A stretch of 64,000 nucleotides of DNA from an uncultured Spirochaetota bacterium (GCA_963745235.1 CAVUXE010000033.1:32001-96000), one strand, 5' to 3'. Shown: positions 10,905 to 21,272, counted from the first letter of the stretch. Program-made: numbers and translations. Notes: a model not told the origin generated them from the sequence alone.

Positions 10905-11812
10905 AACCGGTGAGAGTTGCCGTCGTCGGGACCTTCGCCGTCGGAGTCACGCTTCGCTCCTCCCGGCTGCCGGCGTTCGGAGAGACGCTCCATGCGGAAG
11001 GGCTTGCCGTGGGCTACGGCGGGAAAGGGTCCAACCAGGCCGTGGCGTGCGCCCGGCTCGGAGCGGAGGTGGAGCTCGCAACCTGCGTCGGGCCGGACGC
11101 CTTCGGTGAAGGGGCTCGCGCTCTCTACAGGAATGAAGGTGTCGGGACCCGGTGGACAAAGACGGGCAGCCTGCCGACGGGTCTCGGCGTCATCGTTGTG
11201 GAGCCCGGGGGCAGGAACGCCATTCTCGTCGACATAGGGGCAAACCGCGAGATGGATGAGCGCTTCGTGGATGAGCGAGCCGCGCTGCTCGACGGGGCGG
11301 ACGTCCTCCTCACCGTCACCGAGGCGCCCCTTGTCGCCGTGAGAAGGTCCATTGAGCTTGCGTATTCCCGCGGCATCCCGACCGTTCTCAACCCCGCCCC
11401 GGCCGTGCCCCTGGATCAATCTCTTCTTTTCAAGGTCACGGTGCTGACGCCGAACGCCAGCGAGGTCGCCGCCCTCACCGGCAGGGAGGCGCGCTCACTG
11501 GATTCTGCCGCTGCCGCCGCCCGGGAGCTCCTGCGCCGGGGAGCGCGCAACGTGGTCGTGACCCTGGGAGAGGACGGGGCCGTTGCGTGCAGCGCGGAAG
11601 GGACCGTGCACGTGCCTGCCATCGCGGTGCGCGTGGTCGACACCACCGGCGCCGGGGATGCGTTTTCCGCGGGGCTGACGGTCGCCATGGCTGAAGGCAG
11701 GTCCCTTGTGGATGCGGTGAAGTTCGCCGTGCGCTGCGGCTCCTTTGCCTGCATGGCAGCTCAAGTGATTCCATCCCTGCCGCGCAGGGCTGATGTGGAG
11801 AGAAGCGTATGA
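10901..11812 (+). CDS. rbsK: Ribokinase / PfkB family sugar kinase
   Basis: GGKGSNQA, NPAPA, PNASE, DTTGAGDAF motifs. Confidence 0.88.
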   Translation: MKPVRVAVVGTFAVGVTLRSSRLPAFGETLHAEGLAVGYGGKGSNQAVACARLGAEVELATCVGPDAFGEGARALYRNEGVGTRWTKTGSLPTGLGVIVVEPGGRNAILVDIGANREMDERFVDERAALLDGADVLLTVTEAPLVAVRRSIELAYSRGIPTVLNPAPAVPLDQSLLFKVTVLTPNASEVAALTGREARSLDSAAAAARELLRRGARNVVVTLGEDGAVACSAEGTVHVPAIAVRVVDTTGAGDAFSAGLTVAMAEGRSLVDAVKFAVRCGSFACMAAQVIPSLPRRADVERSV

Positions 11813-12510
11813 ACGACTCAGAGATGGCCGCCAGGCTCCAGTACACCCTCGTGGATCCCTCCGCTTCCCGGGCGGATTTCACCCGTCATGTGGAGGCATG
11901 CGCGGAATACCGGTTTCACGCTGCCATGGTCCCGATGTGCTGGGTCCCCCTGGCGCGGACCATTCTCCAGGGCACGGGCGTGCGCGTCGCCACTTTCTTC
12001 GGCATCGGCATGGGCCACGAGAGTCTCGCGGCCAAATGCATGCTCCTTCGCGAATGCTGGGCGCTCGGGGCGGACGAGGTGGATTACCAGCCCAACATGA
12101 GCTTCTTCCTGAGCGGAATGGAAGAGCAGTTCGCCGAAGAGGGGCGCACCCTTGCGCGCATGAGCGAGGGAAGGCCCATCAAGGCGATGCTCGAGCTTGG
12201 CTACCTTGCGGACAGGGCATCGAAGGTGCGCGCGGCGCGTATGCTGGCGGATTCCGGCGTTCCCTGGGTCAAGAACTCGAGCGGAGTGGGGGAGAAGTCG
12301 GAACCGGCGACGGTTGAGAACATCAGCCTGCTGAAAGAAGCGGTGGCCGGCAAGGCCCACGTGAAGGGTTCGGGCAAGATCAGGACCCGCCAGCAGGCGG
12401 AGGCCCTGCTGGCCGCCGGCGCCGAGCTCCTGGGCACCAGCGCGGGACCGCAGATTGTCGGCGTCCGGGGGAAAGATCAACCGGGGCACCCAGGGAGCGG
12501 GCAGTACTAG
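11809..12510 (+). CDS. deoC: Deoxyribose-phosphate aldolase-like class I aldolase
   Basis: GADEVDY, IKAMLE, WVKNSSG (Schiff-base Lys), VKGSGKIRT, LGTS. Confidence 0.8.
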   Translation: MNDSEMAARLQYTLVDPSASRADFTRHVEACAEYRFHAAMVPMCWVPLARTILQGTGVRVATFFGIGMGHESLAAKCMLLRECWALGADEVDYQPNMSFFLSGMEEQFAEEGRTLARMSEGRPIKAMLELGYLADRASKVRAARMLADSGVPWVKNSSGVGEKSEPATVENISLLKEAVAGKAHVKGSGKIRTRQQAEALLAAGAELLGTSAGPQIVGVRGKDQPGHPGSGQY

Positions 12511-14625
12511 ATGGAGGCGGAGGCAGACCTCATCCTGGAGCGCCTGAACCGGGACTTCCCCGGCCTGGTCCCGCAGAGCGGCCAGCAGTGGGTGCAGTAC
12601 CTGCTGGACTGGCGGCAGGTTATGGAGGACGAAACTGGTGTCGTCAGGCGCCGGCTGCAGGAGGAGCGGCGCCGGCTGCGCTTCGAGCTTGGGATCTCGC
12701 AGGAGCTCGTGGCGGGGACGGGCCGCGCGTGGGACAGAGGGATCGCGCTGGAGCACTTCTGGTTCCTCTACGAGAAGGACTACTACGATCCGGAGGCGCA
12801 GGCCTTTCGCGCGCAGAAGCTCGCTGATCACGTGCGGCAGGATTTCGGGACAGTCGATGCCATCTGCCTGTGGCAGGGCTACCCTCGGCTGGGGCTGGAT
12901 CATCGAAACCAGTTCGACTACCTCCGGGATCTACCCGGCGGCGTGACGGGGCTGCGGACCACCGTCTCCGTCTTGCAGGCAGCAGGGATGCGCTGCTTTC
13001 TCGCATACAACCCGTGGGACACCGGGACAAGGCGGGAGCCAAAGTCGGATGCCGAGACCCTTGCAGATATCCTGCGCGCCACCGGGGCGGACGGAGTTTT
13101 CCTTGACACTCTTTCAGGGGCGGATGCTTCTCTCCGGGAGACACTCCGCGCGGCAAGACCCGAAATCGCTGTCTGCCCCGAGCTTATCCCGTCCCTCGGG
13201 GACCTTTCCCGGTTGACCGGAGGCTGGCAGCAGTTCGCCCATCCCTCTCCTCCGTCTGTGCTTGCCCACCGGTGGCTGGACCCCGGGTTCTGCCTGCGAT
13301 ACGTGGACCGCTACGCGCGGTCACGCCGGGAACAGGTCAAGACAGCCTTCTTTCACGGGACCGGCCACGTGGTCTGGGAGAACGTGTTCGGGTGGTGGAA
13401 CCCCTGGTCGGGTGAGGACAGGCTCCTGCTGAAGCGGACCACGGCGCTGCTTCGCGAGCTCTCGGACTTCTTCCGCGATCCGGAGTGGGAGCCGTACGTG
13501 CCGACGCGCCGCGCCGGCGTCTACGCCATGGAATGGCATCACGAAGGCTCCGTGCTGTTCACACTCTACAACTCCAACCATGATCGATCTGAAACCGCCG
13601 CGCTCAGGCTTCCGCCCGGGGCTGCGGGAGACGCTGTCGACCTTTGGAGCCTGAAGGAGCTGGAGAAGGGAACAGAGGCTGGGACAATCACTTGCGACCT
13701 GGAGCCCGGGGCCATCGGATGCGTCCTGATCGGTCCAGGGAGGCGACCCTCGCCACTGTCCATGCCCTTCCCTGTGCCCGAAGACAGGCGGGAAGAGCGC
13801 CGACACAGGCAGGTCACCCTTGATGCGTACAAGCCCCGGCCTCCGCAAGCCGCCTCTCGTCGGGCGGCTCGCGGACAGAGGGACATGGTCAGAGTCCAGG
13901 GTTGCCGCTACGTGATGAGCGTCCATCGGGCGTGCAACGCTGTCATGGAGGGCGGGTCCTACGGCGACATCTCTCACCCGACGGCCAAGGGCGTGCCTGA
14001 CCAATGCTTCTGGCTTGCCACATACTGGATGGACCGTACGCCCGTCACGAAGGCCGCGTTCGCCGTCTTTCTGCGGCGCGCCCGGTTTGCCCCTGCTTCT
14101 CTTCCCGGCTTTCTTCGGGACTGGTCCAGGCCGTCGGGATCGGAAAGCCGGCCGTTTCTCTGGAGCCCACCTGCCGGCCACGGGGACCACCCGGTTGTGT
14201 GGGTCTCCCTTGAGGACGCGCGCGCGTATGCGCACTGGGCCGGGGCGCGCCTTCCCACAGAGGCGGAATGGCAGCTTGCGGCGGAAGGCCCGGATGGCAG
14301 GCGCTGGCCCTGGGGGGACGAGTATGATCCTTCCCTGTGCAACGGGGACTCGGCGGGAACCACGGACGTGCGCGCGTATCCCGGGGGGGCAAGCGCCGTC
14401 GGCTGCCTGGACATGTGCGGAAACGTGTGGGAGTGGACGGAAAGCGAGCGTGACGACGGCCACATGCGCTACGCGATGGTGCGCGGCGGCTCCTGGCTGC
14501 GCGTCAGCGGAAGCATCTGGTACACGGCAAGCGGCCCTCAGCCCTGCGACGTTCATGAGAAAGTTCCCCTGCTGGGGGCAGGACTGGACAGGCTGGCAAC
14601 CGTCGGCTTCCGCTGCGTGACCTGA
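12511..14625 (+). CDS. Glycoside-hydrolase-like domain fused to a C-terminal FGE/SUMF1-fold domain
   Basis: N-terminal YNPWDTG, GADGVFLDT, WENVFG; C-terminal HPVVWVS, RLPTEAEWQ, DMCGNVWEW, RGGSW, GFRC. Confidence 0.8.
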   Translation: MEAEADLILERLNRDFPGLVPQSGQQWVQYLLDWRQVMEDETGVVRRRLQEERRRLRFELGISQELVAGTGRAWDRGIALEHFWFLYEKDYYDPEAQAFRAQKLADHVRQDFGTVDAICLWQGYPRLGLDHRNQFDYLRDLPGGVTGLRTTVSVLQAAGMRCFLAYNPWDTGTRREPKSDAETLADILRATGADGVFLDTLSGADASLRETLRAARPEIAVCPELIPSLGDLSRLTGGWQQFAHPSPPSVLAHRWLDPGFCLRYVDRYARSRREQVKTAFFHGTGHVVWENVFGWWNPWSGEDRLLLKRTTALLRELSDFFRDPEWEPYVPTRRAGVYAMEWHHEGSVLFTLYNSNHDRSETAALRLPPGAAGDAVDLWSLKELEKGTEAGTITCDLEPGAIGCVLIGPGRRPSPLSMPFPVPEDRREERRHRQVTLDAYKPRPPQAASRRAARGQRDMVRVQGCRYVMSVHRACNAVMEGGSYGDISHPTAKGVPDQCFWLATYWMDRTPVTKAAFAVFLRRARFAPASLPGFLRDWSRPSGSESRPFLWSPPAGHGDHPVVWVSLEDARAYAHWAGARLPTEAEWQLAAEGPDGRRWPWGDEYDPSLCNGDSAGTTDVRAYPGGASAVGCLDMCGNVWEWTESERDDGHMRYAMVRGGSWLRVSGSIWYTASGPQPCDVHEKVPLLGAGLDRLATVGFRCVT

Positions 14626-14644
14626 TTCGCTATGCTCGACCATC

Positions 14645-15539
14645 ATGAGCACGGGAGAAAAGTTCACCGTCGGCCTCGTGCAGATGACGCTGGTCCCGGA
14701 CCTCGACCAGAACCTGCGCCGGGCCATCCAGCTGGCAGAAGGAGCAGCGAAAGATGGGGCTCGCATCGTCTGCCTGCCCGAGCTCTTTCGGTCACAGTAT
14801 TTCTGCCAGCGGGAGGACGCGGCGTCCTTCGACCTTGCGGAGGCCGTTCCCGGCCCGTCCACGGCGGCCCTCGCGCCCGTTGCGCGGGACAGAAGGATCA
14901 CGCTGATCGTGCCCGTATTCGAGCGCCGAGCCCCGGGCCTGTATCACAACACCGCTGCCGTGATCGGACCGGACGGAAAGCTCGCTGGGCTGTATCGGAA
15001 GATGCACATCCCCGACGACCCGGGATATTACGAAAAGTTCTATTTCACACCGGGAGATCTGGGATACCGCGCTTTCGACACGGATGTGGGGCGCATCGGC
15101 ACGCTGATCTGCTGGGACCAGTGGTATCCCGAGGCTGCCAGGCTCACCGCTCTGCGCGGGGCCGGCATCCTCTTCTATCCCACCGCCATTGGCTGGCATC
15201 CGCGGGAAAAAGCCGAGCTTGGCGCCGCTCAGCGCGACGCCTGGATGACGATCCAGAGGAGCCACGCAATTGCGAACGGGGTGTACGTTGCCGCAGTCAA
15301 TCGCGCGGGGCTGGAAAGACCCCGCGGAGGGGGACGGGATCGAGTTCTGGGGCAGCACGTTTCTCTGTGACCCTTTCGGCGTGGTGACAGCCCAGGGCAG
15401 TACGGGCCGGGAAGAAGTGGTCCTGGGAGAGGTCGATCCATCCCGCATCGAAGAGGTCCGCCGCGGGTGGCCATTCCTTCGCGACCGGAGGATCGATTCC
15501 TACGCCGACCTGGACAAGCGGTTCATCGAGGGACCATGA
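14645..15539 (+). CDS. aguB: N-carbamoylputrescine amidase (carbon-nitrogen hydrolase); frameshift near 15315
   Basis: LPELF, YRKMHIPDDPGYYEKFYF, ICWDQWYPE; continues as EFWG...WPFLRDRR in the other frame. Confidence 0.9.
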
Positions 15540-16633
15540 GCGGGACGCCAGCCTCCTCGGGGCTTTCGCCCCTGCAGGGTTTTCGCATGCCGGCGGAATG
15601 GGAGCCGCATGAAGCGACCTGGCTCGCGTGGCCCCATCACCGGGCGGACTGGCCGCGGAAGTTTGCTCCCATTCCGTGGGTGTTCGGGGAGATCGTCCGA
15701 AAAACCGCTGCAAGCGAGAAAGTGCGCATCCTGGTCAGCTCGGCCCGCCACGAGAAGGAGGCGAGGCTCCTCCTTTCGCGGATCGGAGTGGGGGAGCCGG
15801 GCGCCACCGCGAACAGCGTGCAGTTTTTCAGGATCCCCACCAATCGCGCGTGGGCCCGGGACTTCGGGCCCATCCACGTCCGGCGCCAGGAGCCGCCCTC
15901 CGAGCTTGCCGTGGCGGGCTTCCGCTTCAACGCGTGGGCCCGGTATCCCGACTACGACAGGGATTGCCGGGTGGCGGAAAGGATCGCAGGCGCAATGAAG
16001 CGCCCGTACCACCGCGTGCGCTGCAAAGGGAAGGACGTCGTGCTGGAGGGAGGAAGCATCGACGTGAACGGAAAAGGAAGCCTGCTGACGACAGAGGAAT
16101 GCCTCCTGGACCGGGAGGTGCAGGCCCGAAATCCCCTCCTGGAGCGGGAGGACATCGAGGCTGCTCTGAAGAGCTCCCTTGGAGTTTCCCATATTCTCTG
16201 GCTTGGACACGGGATTGCGGGAGATGACACGCACGGCCACGTGGATGACCTGTGCAGGTTCGTGGCGCCGAAAACGGTGGTGCTTTGCAGGGAGCGCAAT
16301 CCTCGCGACACGAACTACCGGGCCCTGGAGGAAAACCGGGAAAGGCTCGAGGGATACCGGCTGGAGGATGGCTCCCGGATAGAGGTGATATTCCTCCCCA
16401 TGCCGGAGCCGCTTTTCATGGACGGCAGGCGCCTGCCGGCGAGCTACGCCAACTTCTACATAACGAACAGAGTCGTCATTGTTCCGACGTTCAACGATCC
16501 GAACGACCGAGCCGCGCTCGGCATCCTTGCTGATCTCTTCAAGGATCACACCGTTGTGGGGATCCACGCCGTGGATCTCGTGTGGGGCCGCGGGACGCTC
16601 CACTGCCTCACCCAGCAGGAGCCGCGCGCCTGA
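15536..16633 (+). CDS. aguA: Agmatine deiminase
   Basis: RMPAEWEPH, WARDFGP, LEGGSI, DDTHGHVD, SYANF, GTLHCLTQQ; ATGA overlap with aguB. Confidence 0.93.
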   Translation: MSGTPASSGLSPLQGFRMPAEWEPHEATWLAWPHHRADWPRKFAPIPWVFGEIVRKTAASEKVRILVSSARHEKEARLLLSRIGVGEPGATANSVQFFRIPTNRAWARDFGPIHVRRQEPPSELAVAGFRFNAWARYPDYDRDCRVAERIAGAMKRPYHRVRCKGKDVVLEGGSIDVNGKGSLLTTEECLLDREVQARNPLLEREDIEAALKSSLGVSHILWLGHGIAGDDTHGHVDDLCRFVAPKTVVLCRERNPRDTNYRALEENRERLEGYRLEDGSRIEVIFLPMPEPLFMDGRRLPASYANFYITNRVVIVPTFNDPNDRAALGILADLFKDHTVVGIHAVDLVWGRGTLHCLTQQEPRA

Positions 16634-16638
16634 GCCTG

Positions 16639-17493
16639 CTATTGCAACGGCAGGAGCCCCAGGTTCTTTCCGATCATGCGGTCCACAAAGCGCTTCGGGA
16701 GCCGCCGCGACATCCAGAGCAGCGGGTTGCCCTGGCCAATCACGTAACGAACCTTCGGGTTGCGGTCAGTCAGCGCTCGAAGGACAACGGCCCCAACCCG
16801 CTCCGGCGGCGAGCCCTTGCGTCCGAAGCTGACCATGCCCTGCCTGAGCTTCATCATGGGGCCCAGGTAGGGAGATTCCGCGTACGGGGAGAGATCGATG
16901 GCGTCCGCCTTGTCCCACATCGTGCTTGCGACGCTTCCCGGATCCAGGGTGATCACGTCAACGCCGTACAGCATGCACTCCCGCCGCAGGCTTTCCGACA
17001 GGCCCTCCACCCCGTGCTTCGAGGCCGCATAGGGGCCCAGGAACGGGAGCGCAAACGTGCCGGCAATCGAGCTGATGTTGACGATCCGCGCAGGAGCGCC
17101 CGAGCCGTCTGATGCTTTGCGAAGAAGCGGGAAAAAGGCCTGCGTTACCGTCAGGACGCTGACGAGGTTCACCTCCAGTTGCCGCCGCAGCTCTGAAACA
17201 GGCATCTCCAGGAGAGGTCCAGGCACGGCAATGCCGGCGTTGTTGACCAGCCCGGCAAGCCGTTCGCCCTTCAGCGCCGCGCGCGTTTCTTCCGCGGCCC
17301 GCTTCACCGCATCCGCGTCAGTGACGTCGAACAGGAGGGGCGTGAGCTCCGCGCCGAGCTCCGCGGAAAGCCTCTTCGCGTCCTCTGGCCGGCGCACACT
17401 CCCGAAAACCCGAAAGCCGCGCGCCAGGAGCACGCGGGCGGTCCCGTTGCCGATGCCGCTGGAAACACCGGTCACGACGACAGGTCCGTTCAT
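16639..17493 (-). CDS. SDR family oxidoreductase
   Basis: TGVSSGIG, NNAG, YAASK. Confidence 0.93.
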   Translation of the reverse strand: MNGPVVVTGVSSGIGNGTARVLLARGFRVFGSVRRPEDAKRLSAELGAELTPLLFDVTDADAVKRAAEETRAALKGERLAGLVNNAGIAVPGPLLEMPVSELRRQLEVNLVSVLTVTQAFFPLLRKASDGSGAPARIVNISSIAGTFALPFLGPYAASKHGVEGLSESLRRECMLYGVDVITLDPGSVASTMWDKADAIDLSPYAESPYLGPMMKLRQGMVSFGRKGSPPERVGAVVLRALTDRNPKVRYVIGQGNPLLWMSRRLPKRFVDRMIGKNLGLLPLQ

Positions 17494-17494
17494 C

Positions 17495-18352
17495 TCATTC
17501 CTCCAGTTCTCCGTAGTGAACCTTCATGCACTGGGGGCAGACCGTGTGGCTGAAGAGGGCTTCCGAGTGCCTCCCCACGTATGCCTCCACGGGCAGCCAT
17601 GCGCCTGTCGGGTCTCTGATCTTCTTGCAGTGGCTGCATATGGGCAGCAGGCCTGACAGCGTCTTCACCTCCTGCCGCGCGGCCGCGAGGTCCTTCTGGA
17701 GCCGCTGCGAGTTTGCGATGATGAGCCCTGACGCAAGCAGGAAGTTCGTCGAGAATGCGGCCAGCACTGTCAGCCGCTGGAGGATGCCGGCGGTCATGAG
17801 GGACTGGCCGGGTTCCCCCGCAAAGAGCGCGAGCACGCCGCGAAGGGTGAACCATGAAGCGACGACGGCATATGTCGCGCCCAGGATGGAGCTCCGGCGC
17901 CCGACGACAGATGGAAAACCGCGGATCACGGTGGCAAACGATCGCCAGGCCACAAAAGCAACTGCCGCCGAGTACGTGATGATCCGCGCATTGAGATCGG
18001 GCCATGCCCACAGGAAGAGACTGAGCGCGCCCGCGGCCACGGCGAGAGTCCCCGCATCCAGCCAGGTCTTTTGCGGGCGCCCGGTGAAAGAGCTCAAGCC
18101 GCGCATCAGGAGGACGTAGGCCCCGACGCCCACCACGTTGGCCACCACGACTCCAAACACGTCGGGGATGACGCCCTGCAGGCCGAGCAGGGACAGGCCG
18201 GCGCAGCCGGCCAGGGACCCGACGGCCCACGTAACGATTCCCGGATATACCTTCTGCACTCTCACCAGGTACACGAGAGACGCCGCGATGAAAGCGCCCT
18301 GCGCTCCCGTCATCGTGATCAGTGTCCTCATGTCGAGATAGGTGATGATCAC
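17495..18352 (-). CDS. Membrane sensor-like protein with a C-terminal Cys/His-rich domain
   Basis: About 7 TM helices, a short coiled coil, then LPICSHCKKIRD...FSHTVCPQC. Confidence 0.75.
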   Translation of the reverse strand: MIITYLDMRTLITMTGAQGAFIAASLVYLVRVQKVYPGIVTWAVGSLAGCAGLSLLGLQGVIPDVFGVVVANVVGVGAYVLLMRGLSSFTGRPQKTWLDAGTLAVAAGALSLFLWAWPDLNARIITYSAAVAFVAWRSFATVIRGFPSVVGRRSSILGATYAVVASWFTLRGVLALFAGEPGQSLMTAGILQRLTVLAAFSTNFLLASGLIIANSQRLQKDLAAARQEVKTLSGLLPICSHCKKIRDPTGAWLPVEAYVGRHSEALFSHTVCPQCMKVHYGELEE

Positions 18353-18428
18353 TCCCCCCTATAGTCCAAGGCGTCCGCGAAGTCAATCCGTCCCTGAAAC
18401 AGACCGATACTGCTTGTGGAGCTCCCGC

Positions 18429-19196
18429 ATGACGATTCGACGTTCTTTCCCCCTTGCCCTTCTTCTCGTTCCCGCTTTTCTTTCAGCCCAGGTCCTTCGT
18501 GTCGCCTCCTACAACGTTGCGGGGCTTGGCGAGCAACGCAAGGACTACGCGGCCCTTGCAAAGGTGATCAACAACTTCGACGTCGTCGCGGCCGAAGAAG
18601 TCATGAATGCCGGCGGGCTGGAAAAGGTGCTCAGCCTGCTTGCCGACGGGTGGGAGGGGGCAATCAGCAAGCATTCGGGGTTCTTCGGGTTCTTCTATAA
18701 CGAACGAGTCGAGCTGTACAAGATGCTGGGCGAATACCCCGGAGCCGGGCAGTTTTCCCGCCCGCCATGCGGAGCGAACTTCAGGGTGAAAGGCTCCCCA
18801 TTTTCGTTCAATCTCGTTGCGTGTCACATAGATTCGGCGCAGGGCGCCGGGGCTCGAAACGCCGAGATCGACCGGCTGGGCGACGTGTATCGTTATTTCG
18901 AGAAGCTCACCGGCAATCATGGCATGACGATCATGGCGGGAGATTTCGGGGAGGACCGGATCCCCTCGTTCCGATCGCTCACCGCGCTGGGGGGGCAGCA
19001 GGTGCTTCCCGACAAGGCGACGACAATGGGCAAGAACGGGCTCGGCCGTGACGAGGATCATATCTTCGTCAGCGCCGCCCTGCGGCCCCGGGTCCAGAAG
19101 GCGGACGTCCTCTACTGGACGCGCGACTTCGAGGGCTCGCGCGCCACGGTCTCGAATCATTTTCCCGTCTATCTCGTGCTCAAGGCGGGCAGGTAA
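18429..19196 (+). CDS. Secreted endonuclease/exonuclease/phosphatase (DNase I-like) protein
   Basis: Signal peptide; ASYNV, DVVAAEE, ACH, AGDF, DHIF, SNHFPV. Confidence 0.8.
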   Translation: MTIRRSFPLALLLVPAFLSAQVLRVASYNVAGLGEQRKDYAALAKVINNFDVVAAEEVMNAGGLEKVLSLLADGWEGAISKHSGFFGFFYNERVELYKMLGEYPGAGQFSRPPCGANFRVKGSPFSFNLVACHIDSAQGAGARNAEIDRLGDVYRYFEKLTGNHGMTIMAGDFGEDRIPSFRSLTALGGQQVLPDKATTMGKNGLGRDEDHIFVSAALRPRVQKADVLYWTRDFEGSRATVSNHFPVYLVLKAGR

Positions 19197-19205
19197 GCCG
19201 TCCGC

Positions 19206-19694
19206 ATGCCGTTCGTCGAGCCCATCGGGTACGTTCGAAACAATCGTCGAAGCCTGGACGATGACTACTGGGGCGGCCTGGAATCCGTCATCGAGCTGGT
19301 GGACACCATGGACCCGGACGCCTTGCTCGGCCTGGAACAGTTCTCCCATGCCGAGGTGATCTACTATTTCCACCTCGTCGAGGACCCCAGGATCACCCTC
19401 GGGGCGCGCCGTCCCCGGGGCAACCCGCTATGGCCACTGGTTGGAATTTTCGCTCAGCGGGCGAAGAACCGCCCGAACAGGATCGGCCTCACCACCGTCT
19501 CCATCCGCGGGCGCGAAGGCAGGCGGCTGCGCGTGGCTGACCTGGATGCCGTTGACGGCACGCCTGTGCTCGACATCAAGCCCGTCATGGCGGAGTTCCT
19601 GCCCCGCGGCAACGTGCGCCAGCCCCCATGGTCCCGTGAGCTGATGGAGGCCTACTGGCTGCCGGAAGAGAAGCGCCCGTCCGGCGGGCGCTGA
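19206..19694 (+). CDS. trmO: TrmO/TsaA-like SAM-dependent methyltransferase
   Basis: PIGYV, GLEQFSH, GIFAQRAKNRPNRIGLT, LDAVDGTPVLDIKP. Confidence 0.85.
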   Translation: MPFVEPIGYVRNNRRSLDDDYWGGLESVIELVDTMDPDALLGLEQFSHAEVIYYFHLVEDPRITLGARRPRGNPLWPLVGIFAQRAKNRPNRIGLTTVSIRGREGRRLRVADLDAVDGTPVLDIKPVMAEFLPRGNVRQPPWSRELMEAYWLPEEKRPSGGR

Positions 19695-20618
19695 TCACGC
19701 CGACAAGCCTTCCTGGCACGCCGGCTTGCCGCCGTAGAGTCCGAGGGATTGGATCTCCGCAAAGGTCGCATAGGGAACGGAGGTCACCGCTTCCGTCAGC
19801 TCCCCTGCGCACAGGGCATGTCTGGCGGCGGTGGATGAGCACATGAGCGGCACTGCGGGAAGGGTGTGGACGTCGAGGAAGGTTTCAATCCTCCCTGGAC
19901 CATCCCCCTGGCCGAAGCGATCGATGAAGACCGCCGACACCGTGTGCCCGGAAGCGCTGGTCTCCAGAAGCCTGCGGGACAGTCCCTCGAGCTTCTCGAT
20001 GGTGTCCGGCTCCCCCCTCTGATTGCGGCGCCTGTAGTGATCCGAGCCGGCGACGTAGAAGGCATGCACGCGTTGACGCGGGTTGAGCGCCAGAAGCCGG
20101 CCCAGGTTTGTCTCCCCATCGAGGCCACTCCCGAGGGCAATTGGCGAGTACTCGAAAAAGGGCTCGAACGCATCGATGACGGTGCGTGCGAGCCTGTGAC
20201 GGATTTCCTGCTGCAGCATGAAAGGTTTGCGGGGATCCTCGCCCGCGATCACGAAGATCACCCGGTCCAGCTGCATGAGGACAAGAGCGGTCAGTCCGAC
20301 CAGGATGTGTCCCCAGTGGAGGGGATTGGCGGCCAGGGCGTACACGCCGATTTGCAGAGTGTCCGGGCTTTCCTGCGCCGGCGGGTGCGTCTCTCCAAGG
20401 CGAAGGCGCCATGGCGGCCGAGTCCTTCCGGCAAGGACCATTTCAGCAAGCGCGTCGGTCCACCGCATCGCGCAGGCGGCAATTGCATGCAGGCAGGCGT
20501 GGCGCGCCTGGTCCGACGCCAGCTGCGCCATTCCCTGGATCTGGATACTGGTGAAGCGTCGAATGCGCCGGATCCCGTCATCCAGCACAAAGGGCCGCAT
20601 GGAAGCGTCATTTCGCAT
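19695..20618 (-). CDS. Nucleotidyltransferase, NadD-like
   Basis: NPLHWGH (HxGH), AGSD, CSSTAAR. Confidence 0.65.
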   Translation of the reverse strand: MRNDASMRPFVLDDGIRRIRRFTSIQIQGMAQLASDQARHACLHAIAACAMRWTDALAEMVLAGRTRPPWRLRLGETHPPAQESPDTLQIGVYALAANPLHWGHILVGLTALVLMQLDRVIFVIAGEDPRKPFMLQQEIRHRLARTVIDAFEPFFEYSPIALGSGLDGETNLGRLLALNPRQRVHAFYVAGSDHYRRRNQRGEPDTIEKLEGLSRRLLETSASGHTVSAVFIDRFGQGDGPGRIETFLDVHTLPAVPLMCSSTAARHALCAGELTEAVTSVPYATFAEIQSLGLYGGKPACQEGLSA

Positions 20619-20681
20619 GGCCGCTGCCCTCCTGCTTGGTATATACCGACCATGCCTGGTGTGAGTTGCTGTCTATGAGTC

Positions 20682-21272
20682 TCAGGCTTTCTTTCGCAGG
20701 AGGATGGATCGACTGATCGGGATCCGGGGACGGCTCTCGACACTGAGGCCCGCTGCCAGGGCCGCGTCCAGCTCCCGCTGGAAGAACTCCTCTGCCACGT
20801 GCCAGGACGGCTCGGAGAAGAGGAGGCGTCCGCCCGGCGAAAGGGCCGCCGAGATTTCGCTGAAGAACCTTCCCGCGTCGGGGACCTCGTGGACCATGGC
20901 GAAGGCAAGCGCGAACCCCACCTTGCCCGCGAGGTCACTCACGCCCAGGGTGTTCCCGCGCACCGCGCGCAGGTCAAGTCGATCCAGGAGCCCTGCCCTG
21001 ACTGCCCTTCGCCGGAGGGTCTCCAGCATTTTCGGCTGAACGTCCACGGCAACCACGCGCCCCGTGGGGCCCACCAGCCGGGCAAGGTCCAGGGTGAAGA
21101 ATCCCATGCCGGGCCCTGGCTCCAGGACGGTCATCCCCTCCGCCACCAGGTTTGCAAGCAGTGACCCGGGGGCGTAGAGCAGCCTTCGCAGAGGGTTGAA
21201 TGCGAGGAAGCGGCCGATCCATGGAGGACAAAGGTGATCGGCCGCGTGACGGGGCGTTGGAGAGAGAGACAC
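20682..21272 (-). CDS. Class I SAM-dependent methyltransferase
   Basis: VLEPGPGMG, VAVDVQ, LSPGGRL. Confidence 0.88.
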   Translation of the reverse strand: MSLSPTPRHAADHLCPPWIGRFLAFNPLRRLLYAPGSLLANLVAEGMTVLEPGPGMGFFTLDLARLVGPTGRVVAVDVQPKMLETLRRRAVRAGLLDRLDLRAVRGNTLGVSDLAGKVGFALAFAMVHEVPDAGRFFSEISAALSPGGRLLFSEPSWHVAEEFFQRELDAALAAGLSVESRPRIPISRSILLRKKA

